Positions 19,481 through 30,254 are shown, counted from the first letter of the stretch. The stretch is 64,000 bases of DNA from an uncultured bacterium (GCA_963977015.1 CAXBMO010000001.1:352001-416000), one strand, 5' to 3'. Numbers and translations are program-made. The notes: generated by a model from the letters alone, not told the origin.

Positions 19481-21379
19481 ATGAATCTCAAATCAATCCG
19501 TTTTTCCCACCTTTATCTCCTGGCTCTTTCCGGCCTGTTGATGGGACCCGCCACCGGCGATACGACGATCACGATCACCGGTGATCCTTCTGATCCGGCC
19601 ACTGGGACGGTCTCCGTGAACGGTGAGAACGGGGCGGGTATCTCTGATTCTGGAAGGAGCAATACAACCAGTCTTGATTTCGAGGGTGTCTTCCGGATCC
19701 GACAAGGGATTAGCGATAGTGCGATCTTTTTTGGGGTTCCCCGTGACAGTATCGACTTTACGAATGATGAAATTGATTTTCAGTTCATCGATTTGGATTC
19801 GCCCTTCGACGTGACTTTGAATGGGGTGGCTGTCGCCGGTGTCATATCCAATCTGTTCTTGGACGATAATGTTGGCGATGATTTTGGGTTCGGCCTGGGA
19901 ACGGCAACCCTGGAGACGGGAGAGGATCCTCGGACCTACTCGATTGCATCCCAATCCTCCACGTTCACGTTTCCAAATCCTTCCGGGTTTAACGCGTTGA
20001 ATCTCGGTAGTTACTCTCGAATCAGTCGAATATTTGGCGACTCCTGGACTCTGGTAATCCAGGAGGTCCCCGCCCCGGTGTCGGGAGACGGTGGGAGCGA
20101 AGTTCTCCTCACGGTAAACCGGCGGGGTTCGCCGACGATCGTGATCCTCCCGACTGTTCCAGAGCCCGATCCCGAGCCGGTCATGATCATCGACGTCGGA
20201 GCGCAACTTTCGGCGGAGACGACCGGCCAGGCGGTGAGTAATAGCGTGAACCAGGGCGGTCGCGGCAGTTTCACTGGATTCACCAATGGCGTTTCCAATC
20301 ACCTCAACGGGATGACCGGGCTCGGTGGATTGGGCGGCGGCAATGGCGGGACGGCTTCGGTTCGTGCCAACACCCAGCTCAACGTCCGCATCGCCGGGGT
20401 TTCGAACCGTTGGCAGAGACCGAACAAGACCGCGAGCGTGATCGCGGGAGTGATGTCCGAGCCGCTTTCGGTCGAGACGTATGTGCCGCAGTGGGAGCTT
20501 TACACGATGGGCGCGTTTAACCTCCAGGATCAGGACGCGATCGGACTGGCGCCGGGTTACACGTCGGATGCCTTCTCCGGCGGGGTCGGGATCGAGCGGC
20601 GTCTGGGGAACCATTTTTTGGTGGGGGTCGCGACGACCCTGGGCGAGAACTCCATCGAAGCCGGCGGTGGCGCGGGCGGGACGGACATCGATGGCGTGGT
20701 GCTGGATGCTTACGGGGTTTACGCGAAGGATCATTTCTGGACCAGCCTCCGCTATGGGATCGGGTTCATGGATCTGGACATCAACCGCAACGCCTTTCCC
20801 GGTGCCACCGCGCGGGCGGAGACGGATAGCCTGAATCACGTGATCAGTTGGGGCGGGGGCCTGAATCTTCCGCTGAATTTGTTTGGAATGGAATTCATCC
20901 ACGGGCCGAATCTGGGGCTGGATTACACCACGGGGAAGATCGACGGGTATCGCGAAAGCGGAGCGGGGGCGTTTAACCTGGTGGTCGATGATCACGCCTA
21001 CGGCAGCCTGCTGAGTGAGGTGGGCTGGACCCTTGCCAGGGAGCACGATCTCGGAAAGCTGGGGCGCGGCTGGCTTCAACTGCGCGCAGGCTGGAATCAC
21101 GAGCATCTGCTGGACGAGAGCCAAACGGAAATCCAGTTCGAGACCAGTCCCATCAGCGTCTTCGATCCGGCGACGGGAACGACGACCGCAGGCCCCGATG
21201 TGAGCGGTCGCAGCCACAATCCCACTCCGCAGAATGATTACATGAGCGTGGGCTTGCACTTGACGCAATTTCTCGGCGCGAAGCAGCGCTGGGTGTTGCG
21301 GACCGGGTATCAGACGCAACTCTTCCGCAGCGACTTCAGCGAGCATTACGGATACATGCGGGCGGGGTTCCGGTTTTAG
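19481..21379 (+). CDS. Autotransporter beta-domain outer-membrane protein
   Basis: Signal peptide, passenger region, IDGYRESGAG and W.HE motifs, terminal GFRF. Confidence 0.85.
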   Translation: MNLKSIRFSHLYLLALSGLLMGPATGDTTITITGDPSDPATGTVSVNGENGAGISDSGRSNTTSLDFEGVFRIRQGISDSAIFFGVPRDSIDFTNDEIDFQFIDLDSPFDVTLNGVAVAGVISNLFLDDNVGDDFGFGLGTATLETGEDPRTYSIASQSSTFTFPNPSGFNALNLGSYSRISRIFGDSWTLVIQEVPAPVSGDGGSEVLLTVNRRGSPTIVILPTVPEPDPEPVMIIDVGAQLSAETTGQAVSNSVNQGGRGSFTGFTNGVSNHLNGMTGLGGLGGGNGGTASVRANTQLNVRIAGVSNRWQRPNKTASVIAGVMSEPLSVETYVPQWELYTMGAFNLQDQDAIGLAPGYTSDAFSGGVGIERRLGNHFLVGVATTLGENSIEAGGGAGGTDIDGVVLDAYGVYAKDHFWTSLRYGIGFMDLDINRNAFPGATARAETDSLNHVISWGGGLNLPLNLFGMEFIHGPNLGLDYTTGKIDGYRESGAGAFNLVVDDHAYGSLLSEVGWTLAREHDLGKLGRGWLQLRAGWNHEHLLDESQTEIQFETSPISVFDPATGTTTAGPDVSGRSHNPTPQNDYMSVGLHLTQFLGAKQRWVLRTGYQTQLFRSDFSEHYGYMRAGFRF

Positions 21380-21433
21380 GGAGCCCTGCGATACAAGGGT
21401 TGCATTTTCCTGACACATCGCTCCCGTTTGGCG

Positions 21434-24220
21434 ATGGAAAAGAAGTTCCAAGATCGCCACCTTGGCGCGAATTCGGAGGTTGCCGCAGAAATGGCGGGCG
21501 TCGTGGGGTATGACTCGGTGGATGCGCTGATCGAGGCGACGGTCCCGGAGCAAATTCGCCGCAAGGCCGCGTTGGAGCTTCCGGAACCACTGAGCGAGGC
21601 GGGCGCGTTGGCGAGGATTCGTGCGGTGATGGGGCAGAATCAGGTTCGGCGCAGTTTGATCGGCCAGGGCTATTACGATTGCGTGACGCCGCCGGTCATC
21701 TTGCGCAATATCTTGGAGAATCCGGGGTGGTACACGGCTTACACGCCGTATCAGGCGGAGATTTCGCAGGGGCGACTGGAGGCGTGTCTGAATTTTCAAA
21801 CCATGGTGGCGGATTTGACCGGGTTGCCGGTGGCGAATGCGTCGCTGCTGGATGAGGGAACGGCGGCGGCGGAGGCGATGAGCATGTGTGCGAGCGGGAA
21901 ACCCAAGGCGAACCAGTTTTTCGTGAGCGAGAAATGTCATCCGCAAACCATCGCCGTTCTGCAAACGCGCGCGGAGCCGCTCGGGATCGAGCTGGTGATT
22001 GGCGACCATGCGGAGGTGGAGTTTTCGCCCGAGATGTTTGGGGCTCTATTGCAATATCCCGATACGGAGGGGCGGATTGAGGATTATGCAGAATTTACGG
22101 AAAAGGCTCACGCGGCGAAGGTATTGGTGGTGGTGGCGACGGATTTGCTGGCGCTGGCGTTGTTGAAGCCGCCGGGGGAATTTGGGGCGGACATCGCGGT
22201 GGGGAACAGTCAGCGTTTTGGGGTTCCGTTGGGCTTTGGCGGTCCCCATGCCGGATTCATGGCGTGTTCGGATGCGTTGAAGCGGAAGTTGCCGGGGCGA
22301 CTCGTGGGAATCTCCAAGGATGCGGCGGGCAAGCCGGCCTACCGGCTCTCGCTCCAGACGCGCGAGCAGCACATCCGTCGCGATAAGGCGACGAGTAATA
22401 TTTGCACGGCGCAGGTACTTCTGGCGGTGATCGCGTCGATGTATGCGGCGTATCATGGCCCGGCCGGGTTGAAGGCGATTGCGCGTCGCGTTCACGGGTT
22501 AACGCGTGCCCTGGCCAAAGGATTGGGAGTGGAGCCGGGGTTCGATACGGTGAAGTTGCCACCCAACGATGATGCCTGGGAAAAAGCGCGGGAGTCCGGA
22601 TTCAATCTGCGACGCTTGGATGAAGGAATTGGCGTGAGTTTGGATGAGCGATCGACCTTGGAAGAGGTAAACACGCTGATTGGGTTTTTCGGCGGCGAAA
22701 CTCAGAAGGAGGCAGCGCGGGCGGGGATCGACGGAAAACTCTCCCGCGAGTCGGATTTCCTAACGCATCCGGTGTTTCACGCTTATCACACCGAGACCGA
22801 GATGATGCGTTACCTTCATCGGCTCGAGACGAAGGATTTGGCGCTCAACACCAGCATGATTCCGCTCGGAAGCTGCACCATGAAGCTGAACGCGGCTGCG
22901 GAGATGATGCCGTTGAGCTGGGTTGAGGTGAATGGGCTCCATCCCTTTGCTCCGCGCGACCAGTGGAAGGGGTATGCGCAACTCATCTCTGAATTGGAGG
23001 CGTGGCTCGCCGCGTCGACCGGTTTTGACGCCGTCTCGCTGCAACCGAACGCCGGTTCCCAAGGCGAATACGCGGGGTTGCTCGCGATTCGGGACTTCTT
23101 CAAGGCAAAAGGGGAAACCCAGCGCACGATTTGCCTGATCCCGACGTCGGCACACGGAACCAATCCAGCGAGTGCGGTGATGGCGGGGATGAAGGTGGTG
23201 CCGGTTGCCTGCGATGAACATGGCAACATCGCGATCGACGACTTGCGGGCGAAAGCGCAGCAGTATTCCGCGAATCTCGCGGCGCTCATGGTGACGTATC
23301 CCTCCACACACGGGGTGTTTGAAGCCGGGATTGTCGAGATTTGCCGAATCATTCACGACAATGGTGGCCAGGTTTACATGGATGGCGCGAACATGAATGC
23401 GCAGGTCGGGATTTGTTCGCCGGCTGAGTTGGGGGCGGATGTGTGCCACCTGAATCTGCACAAGACGTTCTGCATCCCTCACGGCGGCGGTGGACCGGGC
23501 GTCGGTCCAATCGGGGTGATGAAGCATTTGGCTCCCTATCTCCCCGGTCACCCGGAATTTCTGGAACGCTCGGAAGGCGCGGTGAGCGCCGCACCGTTTG
23601 GCAGCGCCTCGATCCTGACAATCTCCTGGATGTACATCGCAATGATGGGAGCCGAAGGGTTAACGACGGCAACCAAGCTGGCGATCCTCAATGCCAACTA
23701 CATTGCGCACCGGCTTCAGGATCATTTCCCGGTGCTCTATCGTGGGCAGAATGGGCTTGTGGCGCACGAGTGCATTCTCGATCTGCGCCCGTTCAAGACC
23801 AGGGTGGGAGTCGAGGTTGAGGACGTCGCCAAACGGCTGATGGACTATGGCTTCCACGCGCCGACCATGAGCTGGCCGGTGACGGGGACGCTGATGATTG
23901 AGCCAACCGAGAGCGAGTCCCGAGCGGAACTCGACCGGTTTTGCGAAGCGATGATTGCGATTCGCGGAGAGATCGCCGCGATTGAATCCGGGAATTCGAA
24001 TCCGGAAGACAACCCCTTAAAACACGCGCCGCATACGGCGGACGTGTTGCTTTCCAATTCGTGGAATCGCGCGTATTCGCGGGAACTGGCTGCTTTTCCG
24101 GCGGACGGGTTGCGGGAGTCGAAATACTGGCCCCCCGTCAGCCGGATTGACAACGTCTACGGAGATCGGAATCTGATCTGCACCTGCCCAAGTGTTGGGG
24201 AGATGGCAGAGGAGGATTGA
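21434..24220 (+). CDS. gcvP: Glycine dehydrogenase (glycine cleavage P protein)
   Basis: [36 protein letters not shown]-lysine HLNLHKTF. Confidence 0.98.
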   Translation: MEKKFQDRHLGANSEVAAEMAGVVGYDSVDALIEATVPEQIRRKAALELPEPLSEAGALARIRAVMGQNQVRRSLIGQGYYDCVTPPVILRNILENPGWYTAYTPYQAEISQGRLEACLNFQTMVADLTGLPVANASLLDEGTAAAEAMSMCASGKPKANQFFVSEKCHPQTIAVLQTRAEPLGIELVIGDHAEVEFSPEMFGALLQYPDTEGRIEDYAEFTEKAHAAKVLVVVATDLLALALLKPPGEFGADIAVGNSQRFGVPLGFGGPHAGFMACSDALKRKLPGRLVGISKDAAGKPAYRLSLQTREQHIRRDKATSNICTAQVLLAVIASMYAAYHGPAGLKAIARRVHGLTRALAKGLGVEPGFDTVKLPPNDDAWEKARESGFNLRRLDEGIGVSLDERSTLEEVNTLIGFFGGETQKEAARAGIDGKLSRESDFLTHPVFHAYHTETEMMRYLHRLETKDLALNTSMIPLGSCTMKLNAAAEMMPLSWVEVNGLHPFAPRDQWKGYAQLISELEAWLAASTGFDAVSLQPNAGSQGEYAGLLAIRDFFKAKGETQRTICLIPTSAHGTNPASAVMAGMKVVPVACDEHGNIAIDDLRAKAQQYSANLAALMVTYPSTHGVFEAGIVEICRIIHDNGGQVYMDGANMNAQVGICSPAELGADVCHLNLHKTFCIPHGGGGPGVGPIGVMKHLAPYLPGHPEFLERSEGAVSAAPFGSASILTISWMYIAMMGAEGLTTATKLAILNANYIAHRLQDHFPVLYRGQNGLVAHECILDLRPFKTRVGVEVEDVAKRLMDYGFHAPTMSWPVTGTLMIEPTESESRAELDRFCEAMIAIRGEIAAIESGNSNPEDNPLKHAPHTADVLLSNSWNRAYSRELAAFPADGLRESKYWPPVSRIDNVYGDRNLICTCPSVGEMAEED

Positions 24221-24224
24221 AGCC

Positions 24225-25076
24225 TTATGCTCCTGCGAGGGAATCCTTGATGTATTCGAGGCCGAAGGTGTAAACCTCTTCCGGGCTTTCGAAAAGCGGA
24301 CGCCAGACGCGAGTCGCGGCGGCCAGATCGGGAAGGAAATCGCCAAACGCCTCGATCACATACCAGTTGTCGTAGCCGTTGCGTGCGAACGTCTGGATCG
24401 TCTGGCGGATCGGGGTGTGATCCTTGCCGGGAGTTCCACGATCGTTGGCAGAGATGTGAACGTGCTTAATGACATCCAGATTGGGCAGGATCACGCCAAG
24501 AGGATTCTTCTCCTCAATGTTGGCGTGAAAGGTGTCATACATCGTGAAGAAGTTGGGGTGGTTGACCCGCTTCACGTAGGCATTTGCCTGTTCCATCGTG
24601 TTGAGGAAGTGGCACTCGAAACGGTTGAGTGCTTCTACGGTGAGGCGAATGTTGGCGCCTTGCGCGGCGTCAGCCATTTGGCGGTGTCCTTCAGCTCCCC
24701 ATTCCAATTCTTCTTCCGTTGCGCCTTTCCCGGTGAAGTTACAAAGCTCCTGATAGTAGGGGCCGCAAATATTGTCGATTCCCGCGTTGTGGCCACATTC
24801 GACGACCTTCTTGAGGTGATCGATTCCCTGCTGGCGATGCGTTGGATTGGTGCTGATCAGGCTCTGCTCGTCCGTCGGGCAAATGGTGACGGAACAACGT
24901 TCCAAACCATTGTCGTCACAGGCTTGGCCGATCTTTTTGTAGTGTTCGGGATCGCTGGTGTCGAAAATCGGAAATTCGACTCCGTCATAGCCAGCGGCCT
25001 TGAGTTTTTCCAGAATGGGAAAGTCTTTTTCTTCGACGTGTCCCGTCCACAGCAGCAGGTTGAATCCGATCTTCAT
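24225..25076 (-). CDS. Ketose 3-epimerase-like sugar isomerase/epimerase (TIM barrel)
   Basis: EALNRFE, DTFHANIEE, HVHISANDRG.PG, IEAF. Confidence 0.88.
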   Translation of the reverse strand: MKIGFNLLLWTGHVEEKDFPILEKLKAAGYDGVEFPIFDTSDPEHYKKIGQACDDNGLERCSVTICPTDEQSLISTNPTHRQQGIDHLKKVVECGHNAGIDNICGPYYQELCNFTGKGATEEELEWGAEGHRQMADAAQGANIRLTVEALNRFECHFLNTMEQANAYVKRVNHPNFFTMYDTFHANIEEKNPLGVILPNLDVIKHVHISANDRGTPGKDHTPIRQTIQTFARNGYDNWYVIEAFGDFLPDLAAATRVWRPLFESPEEVYTFGLEYIKDSLAGA

Positions 25077-25154
25077 TGCGGGTCTTTAGCAAAGCCTGCA
25101 GATTCGTGCAAGCGGTAAGCGTGGGACGCGGGGCTTTGTCGGTGCGTTTTGCGA

Positions 25155-25634
25155 TCAGGGAATCGCAAGAACATCGCCGGGGCGAATGAGGTTTGAATCC
25201 AGGGAATTCGCTTGCTTGAGGGCGTCAACCGAAGTGCCATGGCGGCGGCTGATGCTGAAAAGCGTGTCCCCGGAAATGACCTTGTATCGAGCTGTTGGGG
25301 TAGATGCGTAGGAGGGAGGGGTAGGGGGCGCAGGGGGTTTTGGCATTTCCGAAGACACGATTTCAACAGGATCAGTGCCGGCATATGGATCCGGAGTTAC
25401 AGAGACGACTTCCACGTAGTCCGAATTCTGGGGGTAAGGGCCAGGCGGAGGGTTGTAAGGGGAAAAGTATTCACCTTCGCCATAGGGATTCGCGCCGTCA
25501 TCGCCGTAAGGGGCGTTATACGCGTCGTTGCTATCGGAGGCTTGCGGGTAGGTGTCCGCGTTACGGCTGGATTGGCAGCTGGCGAGGAAGGCAACTGTAG
25601 CAAACGCGGCGAGGGATGTGACTACATGTTTCAT
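25155..25634 (-). CDS. LysM-domain lipoprotein
   Basis: Lipobox LASC, Pro/Tyr-rich linker, C-terminal LysM YKVISGDTLFSISRRHG. Confidence 0.88.
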   Translation of the reverse strand: MKHVVTSLAAFATVAFLASCQSSRNADTYPQASDSNDAYNAPYGDDGANPYGEGEYFSPYNPPPGPYPQNSDYVEVVSVTPDPYAGTDPVEIVSSEMPKPPAPPTPPSYASTPTARYKVISGDTLFSISRRHGTSVDALKQANSLDSNLIRPGDVLAIP

Positions 25635-25785
25635 TGGGAAAAGTTGTTTATCTGTAACAATAGATAAATTATCAAATATGAATGTCAATAATAATAACAT
25701 AAATCGCGTTGCGGTTGTGGATTGGGGGATCCCGCTTTTTCTCGCCAAAGTTGCGCCGACAGCGGATCTGAGGTTTGATACGCCA

Positions 25786-26634
25786 ATGAGGGTCATCACA
25801 ATGTTAGCGATTTTCAGTCTGGTTTTCCCGCTTCTGGCCGGTGCCGGAATCAATACGCAAGGTGGATTGATCGAGATGGAGATGGTTAGTGAGGTGCGCT
25901 CGGTTCAACCGGGGAAACCATTTTCGGTCGGGCTGAAGATCTGGCACGCGCCGGGCTGGCATACCTACTGGCGCCAACCGGGAATTGTCGGGGTTCCGAC
26001 TTCGCTGGACTGGACGCTGCCCGAAGGCTTTGAAGCGAGCGAGATTCGGTGGCCGGCACCGGAACGAACCAAAATGGCGTCGTTGACGGCCTGGGGCTAC
26101 GAACGCGAAGTCTTGTTGATGGTCGAGATCACGCCGCCGAAGACGTTGGAACCGGATGCCGAACTTCACTTTTTGGCGAAGGGGAGCTGGATGGCTTGCG
26201 CGACGACGTGTCATCCGGGGTTTGGCGAGTTTAAGCTGAGTTTGCCCGTTAATTCCTCGGAGCAACCGGACTGGAACCCCGAAACGCGGGATCGCTTCGA
26301 ACAAACGCGGGCTGAATTTCCCCGGGAGTTGGAGGGATGGAGCGCATCAGTCGCGGAAGGAAAGGACAACGAAATTCTCCTGAAATTCACCAATTCGGGA
26401 GGTGAGCCACTTCCCGAAACTGCAGAAATCTATTTCTACTGTTTTGATGAACAGGTTCATTCGGACATGCCGCAGCCGACGACGCGAAATCCCGACGGTA
26501 GTCTGACGATTCGCCTCAAAAAGCCGGGGTTTGCGCCGAAAAACCCAAAAGAACTCACTGGAATAATCTACAACTCAGGAGGTTGGGATTCCAAACCCGG
26601 CGGGCAATTTGCGAGGGTTGCAGCTTCCTGGTAG
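25786..26634 (+). CDS. Stand-alone DsbD/ScsB N-terminal (alpha)-domain thiol:disulfide interchange protein
   Basis: GWHTYWRQPG, WTLPEGF..SEIRWPAP, CATTC. Confidence 0.8.
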   Translation: MRVITMLAIFSLVFPLLAGAGINTQGGLIEMEMVSEVRSVQPGKPFSVGLKIWHAPGWHTYWRQPGIVGVPTSLDWTLPEGFEASEIRWPAPERTKMASLTAWGYEREVLLMVEITPPKTLEPDAELHFLAKGSWMACATTCHPGFGEFKLSLPVNSSEQPDWNPETRDRFEQTRAEFPRELEGWSASVAEGKDNEILLKFTNSGGEPLPETAEIYFYCFDEQVHSDMPQPTTRNPDGSLTIRLKKPGFAPKNPKELTGIIYNSGGWDSKPGGQFARVAASW

Positions 26635-26657
26635 GTGGCTATGCTTGGCGCGTAGCT

Positions 26658-27197
26658 ATGGGAAAACGAAAGTTCAAGCAAAAAAAAGCCCCTGAAAATC
26701 ATACCCGCACCAAGTGGTGTGAGGTAATGGAATCGTCGATTCACAATCGAGGGGTTTTTGCACGACGCACCATCCCTGACGAAACCAAAATTCTGCAATA
26801 CGTCGGCGAAAAAATCGACAAGGATGAGAGTAATCGTCGTGGGTTGGCCCAAATGGAAAAGGCGAAAGAAACTGGCGGGGCCGGGGTCTACATCTTTACG
26901 CTGGACGATGAGTGGGACATCGATGGTGACTCGGAAGCGAACATCGCGCGTCTCATCAATCACAGTTGCGAGCCGAATTGTGAAGCCTACATCGATGAGG
27001 AAGAGGGCGAAATCTGGATCTGGTCAATCAAAGACATCGAGCCGGGGGAAGAGCTGTGCTTCAACTACGGATTTGATTTGGAGAACTACGAAGATCATCC
27101 CTGTCGTTGCGGGACCTCGAATTGCGTCGGCTACATCGTGGGTGAAGACTATTGGGGCGATCTCGAGAAGAAGCTGGCGGAAGAAGAGGCGATTTAA
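26658..27197 (+). CDS. SET-domain protein-lysine methyltransferase with post-SET motif
   Basis: HNRGVFA, ARLINHSCEPNC, GEELCFNY, CRCGTSNCVG. Confidence 0.93.
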   Translation: MGKRKFKQKKAPENHTRTKWCEVMESSIHNRGVFARRTIPDETKILQYVGEKIDKDESNRRGLAQMEKAKETGGAGVYIFTLDDEWDIDGDSEANIARLINHSCEPNCEAYIDEEEGEIWIWSIKDIEPGEELCFNYGFDLENYEDHPCRCGTSNCVGYIVGEDYWGDLEKKLAEEEAI

Positions 27198-27208
27198 CGG
27201 TTGGCGTC

Positions 27209-27787
27209 TCAGTGGAGAAAAAATACGTCCTGAGGAGGCAAGGCGAGGGCCTTCTCCAGCAACTCCGGCCCGTCTGATTCCTGTGCAAAGCGTTCGGTGA
27301 GGTAGGCGTGGAGGAATCTGTCCTCGCGGAGCTCCTTCAATCCGATTTGAACCATTAATTCGTCCATTGTCTCTGCCCGGTGCTGTTTCATTGCGACGTC
27401 TCGAAGGTTGGGAAACTCTTCCAGCTTTTTCCGCATGGTTGAGTGTTTTGACTTGAAGAGAATGAGCCGCTCTCTCGCTTCGCGATCAATCACCGCATTC
27501 GTGATCGCGTTTCCCATATCGCGATCCAGCTCCTGAAAAAAAATGGGGTCGTGGCGAAGGAGTTCCTCGATGGCGCGCTGTTTGGTGGCGAGATCCGCGT
27601 CCGGATCTTCGATGGTGGTGAAGGCAACGGTTCTTGGCCCGAGGCCCTGAATCAGGCCGGGAAACTGCATCCACGCCGGCAGCACCCAGTTGAATTTGAT
27701 GTAGGCTCCGGAGAGGAGCATCCCGGCGACAATTCCGATCACCAATCGAGTAAAGCCCCCGTTGTCTGATTTGCTGGAGTCTGACAT
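27209..27787 (-). CDS. Hypothetical membrane-anchored helical protein
   Basis: N-terminal TM helix and natural composition. Fills the gap between a terminator and the SET gene. Confidence 0.6.
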   Translation of the reverse strand: MSDSSKSDNGGFTRLVIGIVAGMLLSGAYIKFNWVLPAWMQFPGLIQGLGPRTVAFTTIEDPDADLATKQRAIEELLRHDPIFFQELDRDMGNAITNAVIDREARERLILFKSKHSTMRKKLEEFPNLRDVAMKQHRAETMDELMVQIGLKELREDRFLHAYLTERFAQESDGPELLEKALALPPQDVFFLH

Positions 27788-27823
27788 GCTGCACCGTATG
27801 CGAAATTTCCGATCCCCAAACGC

Positions 27824-27858
27824 AAAAAAGCCCAAGGGATTGAACCCTCGGGCTTTTT
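27824..27858 (-). terminator. Rho-independent terminator
   Basis: Minus-strand stem GCCCGAGGG/CCCTTGGGC followed by T6, downstream of the ORF ending at 27892. A T-run on the other strand suggests it may be bidirectional. Confidence 0.8.
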
Positions 27859-27891
27859 CAAAAATTGTCGGTTAAGACGAGGAGCGTCTGA

Positions 27892-28179
27892 CTAGCTCGT
27901 TGCTTTCACCGCAGCGACTGAATCAGCCTTGTTGTGCTCGCTCACGACTTTCACTTTTCCACCTGCGATATCTTCGATGGTGGCTTCTTCACCATCAGCG
28001 TTGGTCACTTTGGTGGTTGGGAGAATCTTGATTGGTTTCTTGAGGTCACCGCCAGACAAGGTTTTGGTCTCGGCGTTGTAGGTGAACGTGCCTACGTTGT
28101 CGACTTTCTTGCCGCATCCGGCGAAAACGGAACCTGCACCGAGGCTGATGACTGCGATGATTGAGAGAACTTTCTTCAT
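27892..28179 (-). CDS. Small exported protein or lipoprotein
   Basis: MKKVLSII signal with FAGC, beta-rich mature part, own terminator. Confidence 0.7.
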   Translation of the reverse strand: MKKVLSIIAVISLGAGSVFAGCGKKVDNVGTFTYNAETKTLSGGDLKKPIKILPTTKVTNADGEEATIEDIAGGKVKVVSEHNKADSVAAVKATS

Positions 28180-28321
28180 TCGATTAATTTTGAGGTTTGG
28201 ATGTTCTGCCAAGATGAGTCATGGGGAGACATCTTGTCGAGCATTGTTACAATATTAGTCACGTTTTGGCTGCCCCTTTTATTTCGTTGGAATCTGATTT
28301 TTCCCAAACTCTGAATACACC

Positions 28322-28762
28322 ATGCGCTGGAATCTCTGCACCGTAGGAAAACCTTCGCTCGATTATGCCAAATCGGGTTCTCAAGACTATCTCAAGCGAA
28401 TCCAGCGCTACACAAAGATTGACTGGAATCAAATTCGCGAAGCTGGCAGGGAGTCGAACAGCGAGCAACTCCTCAAATCCAGCCAGGGCAGTCTTCGAAT
28501 CGTGTTTGATGAGCGCGGAGATTTGATCTCGACCAAGGAATGGGTTCGCAGGATTGACGGATGGGAGATGGACGGAACCAAAACGGTCAGCTTGATCATC
28601 GGCGGTGCGGAAGGGCATTCCCGGGAGCTTCGCGAATCCGCGGATTGCGTCTGGAGTTTGAGCGGGCTCGTCATGCAGCATGAATTGGCCCTGCTCGTGG
28701 TGCTGGAAGGTCTTTATCGCTGCTACACCATCAAACGCGGCGAGCCCTATCACCGGGACTGA
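28322..28762 (+). CDS. rlmH: 23S rRNA m3Psi1915 methyltransferase (SPOUT)
   Basis: VGK, DERG, IIGGAEG, H.LA..V.LE.LYR..TI..G.PYH. Confidence 0.92.
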   Translation: MRWNLCTVGKPSLDYAKSGSQDYLKRIQRYTKIDWNQIREAGRESNSEQLLKSSQGSLRIVFDERGDLISTKEWVRRIDGWEMDGTKTVSLIIGGAEGHSRELRESADCVWSLSGLVMQHELALLVVLEGLYRCYTIKRGEPYHRD

Positions 28763-30057
28763 CCGAGCAGGAGATCGATGAGAATCGGACTCAATTCCGG
28801 ATCAACCCGGATCATTCGGGATTGAACCTGGGGATGTCGTCGTTCCGCGTTGCCGGAAAAAATCGCTTCCAACTCCCCTCGGCTGCGGCGGGAGCCGAGG
28901 TCGTCCAACGATGGCGGCAGAAAATCTTCGCGGTCGAGAGCGTAGGGATTTCCCGCGCCAAAATAAGGCTCCCGGGAGGTTTCGGGGCCGCCTCTTCCAT
29001 CCTGGGTATGGCAGGCAAAGCAATCCCAGCGCATTAATTCCCTCGTTAGCTCTGGTGCAGGTGTTTCGTCCAGATTTTTCAATGCCAGTTTGATGGACTT
29101 GCGTTGGGCGACACCCAGATAGAAATAGGGAACCCCGCCCTCGGTCGGAAGTTCAGCGAGACAACCCACATCTTCGGCCCTCAACGTGGCCAGCGGCGGC
29201 GCGCTCGCCAAATTCGGTAGTCCGAGATCGTGACACGCCGCGCAGCCTTTCGTGGTAAACAGGGCACGTCCGGTTTCCGCCAGAGCGGCGTCGATTGCCG
29301 GGTGACGAGCATTCGGATCAGTAACCTCGGGACCAGCTTGAAGGTAGGCGGCCAAATCTGCGGCGTCCTGCTCGTTCAAACCAAAATCGGGCATCCGCGT
29401 AGACGGGTGAAACGCTGCCGGGTTCATGAGATAGCGGGTTAGGAAATCGACCGACCAATAGGCCGCAAGCCGGATCGGCAGGGAAGGTAATGCGGGAGGT
29501 TCCTGAATGGTATCTTCCGCGAGGGAAGGAGCGCGATAGTCGACGTCGGGCGCGTGACAGCCCACGCAGCCAATCGTGTGATAGAGGTTCTTGCCGCGAT
29601 CTGGGATCCCGAGAAGCAGCGGCTGGTTCTCGTTCCTGGTTTGCGAGAGCAGAAAGTGAAACAGCGCATCGAGTTCTTCCGGATCGCGATCACTCGCCGC
29701 GAAAAGGCTGGGCATTCGCGTTCCCCGTTTCAAGTAGCGGGGATTGCGAATCAGCACCTGGAGAGCGGCTGGATCGCTGATTCGAGTCGCAATTTGCTGC
29801 AAATCCGGTCCGGGAGAGCCCGGAAGCCGATTCCGTAAATTCGCAGGGGGTTGGTGGCAGCCCACACAGTTCAATTCGCTGAGCAACAGCTCGCCACCTT
29901 GCCGCAAATAATCGGGATCGTCGTTCTCCGTGAAAAATCTCTCAAACCCAGCAATGAACGGATGGCTCACCTCTTCGGCATGCGCGGGGTGCGCGTTGAC
30001 GAGCGCGCGAGGCATGGCAACGAGCAGAAAGATGGTGAGAAATCGAAAAGTGGCCAT
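28750..30057 (-). CDS. Multiheme c-type cytochrome (planctomycete/verrucomicrobial type)
   Basis: Signal peptide, four CxxCH motifs (CVGCH twice, CAACH, CFACH), RMP axial-Met motifs. Confidence 0.85.
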   Translation of the reverse strand: MATFRFLTIFLLVAMPRALVNAHPAHAEEVSHPFIAGFERFFTENDDPDYLRQGGELLLSELNCVGCHQPPANLRNRLPGSPGPDLQQIATRISDPAALQVLIRNPRYLKRGTRMPSLFAASDRDPEELDALFHFLLSQTRNENQPLLLGIPDRGKNLYHTIGCVGCHAPDVDYRAPSLAEDTIQEPPALPSLPIRLAAYWSVDFLTRYLMNPAAFHPSTRMPDFGLNEQDAADLAAYLQAGPEVTDPNARHPAIDAALAETGRALFTTKGCAACHDLGLPNLASAPPLATLRAEDVGCLAELPTEGGVPYFYLGVAQRKSIKLALKNLDETPAPELTRELMRWDCFACHTQDGRGGPETSREPYFGAGNPYALDREDFLPPSLDDLGSRRSRGELEAIFSGNAERRHPQVQSRMIRVDPELSPILIDLLLGQSR

Positions 30058-30130
30058 GAAGCAGCGTTAGTTTAGCGTTGGACGACACTGGGCCAATGAG
30101 AATTTGCAGAACGTGCCGGGGGGAAACCCC

Positions 30131-30172
30131 AAAAAGAAAAGGCCGCCATCACATTCTTCATGCGATGACGGC
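30131..30172 (-). terminator. Rho-independent terminator
   Basis: Minus-strand 12-bp stem GCCGTCATCGCA/TGTGATGGCGGC (with G-U pairs) then CTTTTCTTTTT, downstream of the ORF ending at 30255. Confidence 0.75.
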
Positions 30173-30254
30173 TTTGTGGAGGGCTTTTGAGGATTAAAGG
30201 GGGGCCACTGCTGTTGGAAACGGGAAGGTCAGTGGCTGGCGAATTCGCAAGGGG

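Noticed and set aside
21380-21433. Glycine riboswitch before gcvP
   Set aside because: The intergenic gap is only about 54 nt and shows no aptamer motifs.
19493-22009. 838-aa minus-strand ORF
   Set aside because: It is an antisense shadow of the autotransporter and gcvP, Arg/His-rich with no motifs. The same applies to other long antisense ORFs such as 57334-59025, 13845-15131 and 9979-11226.
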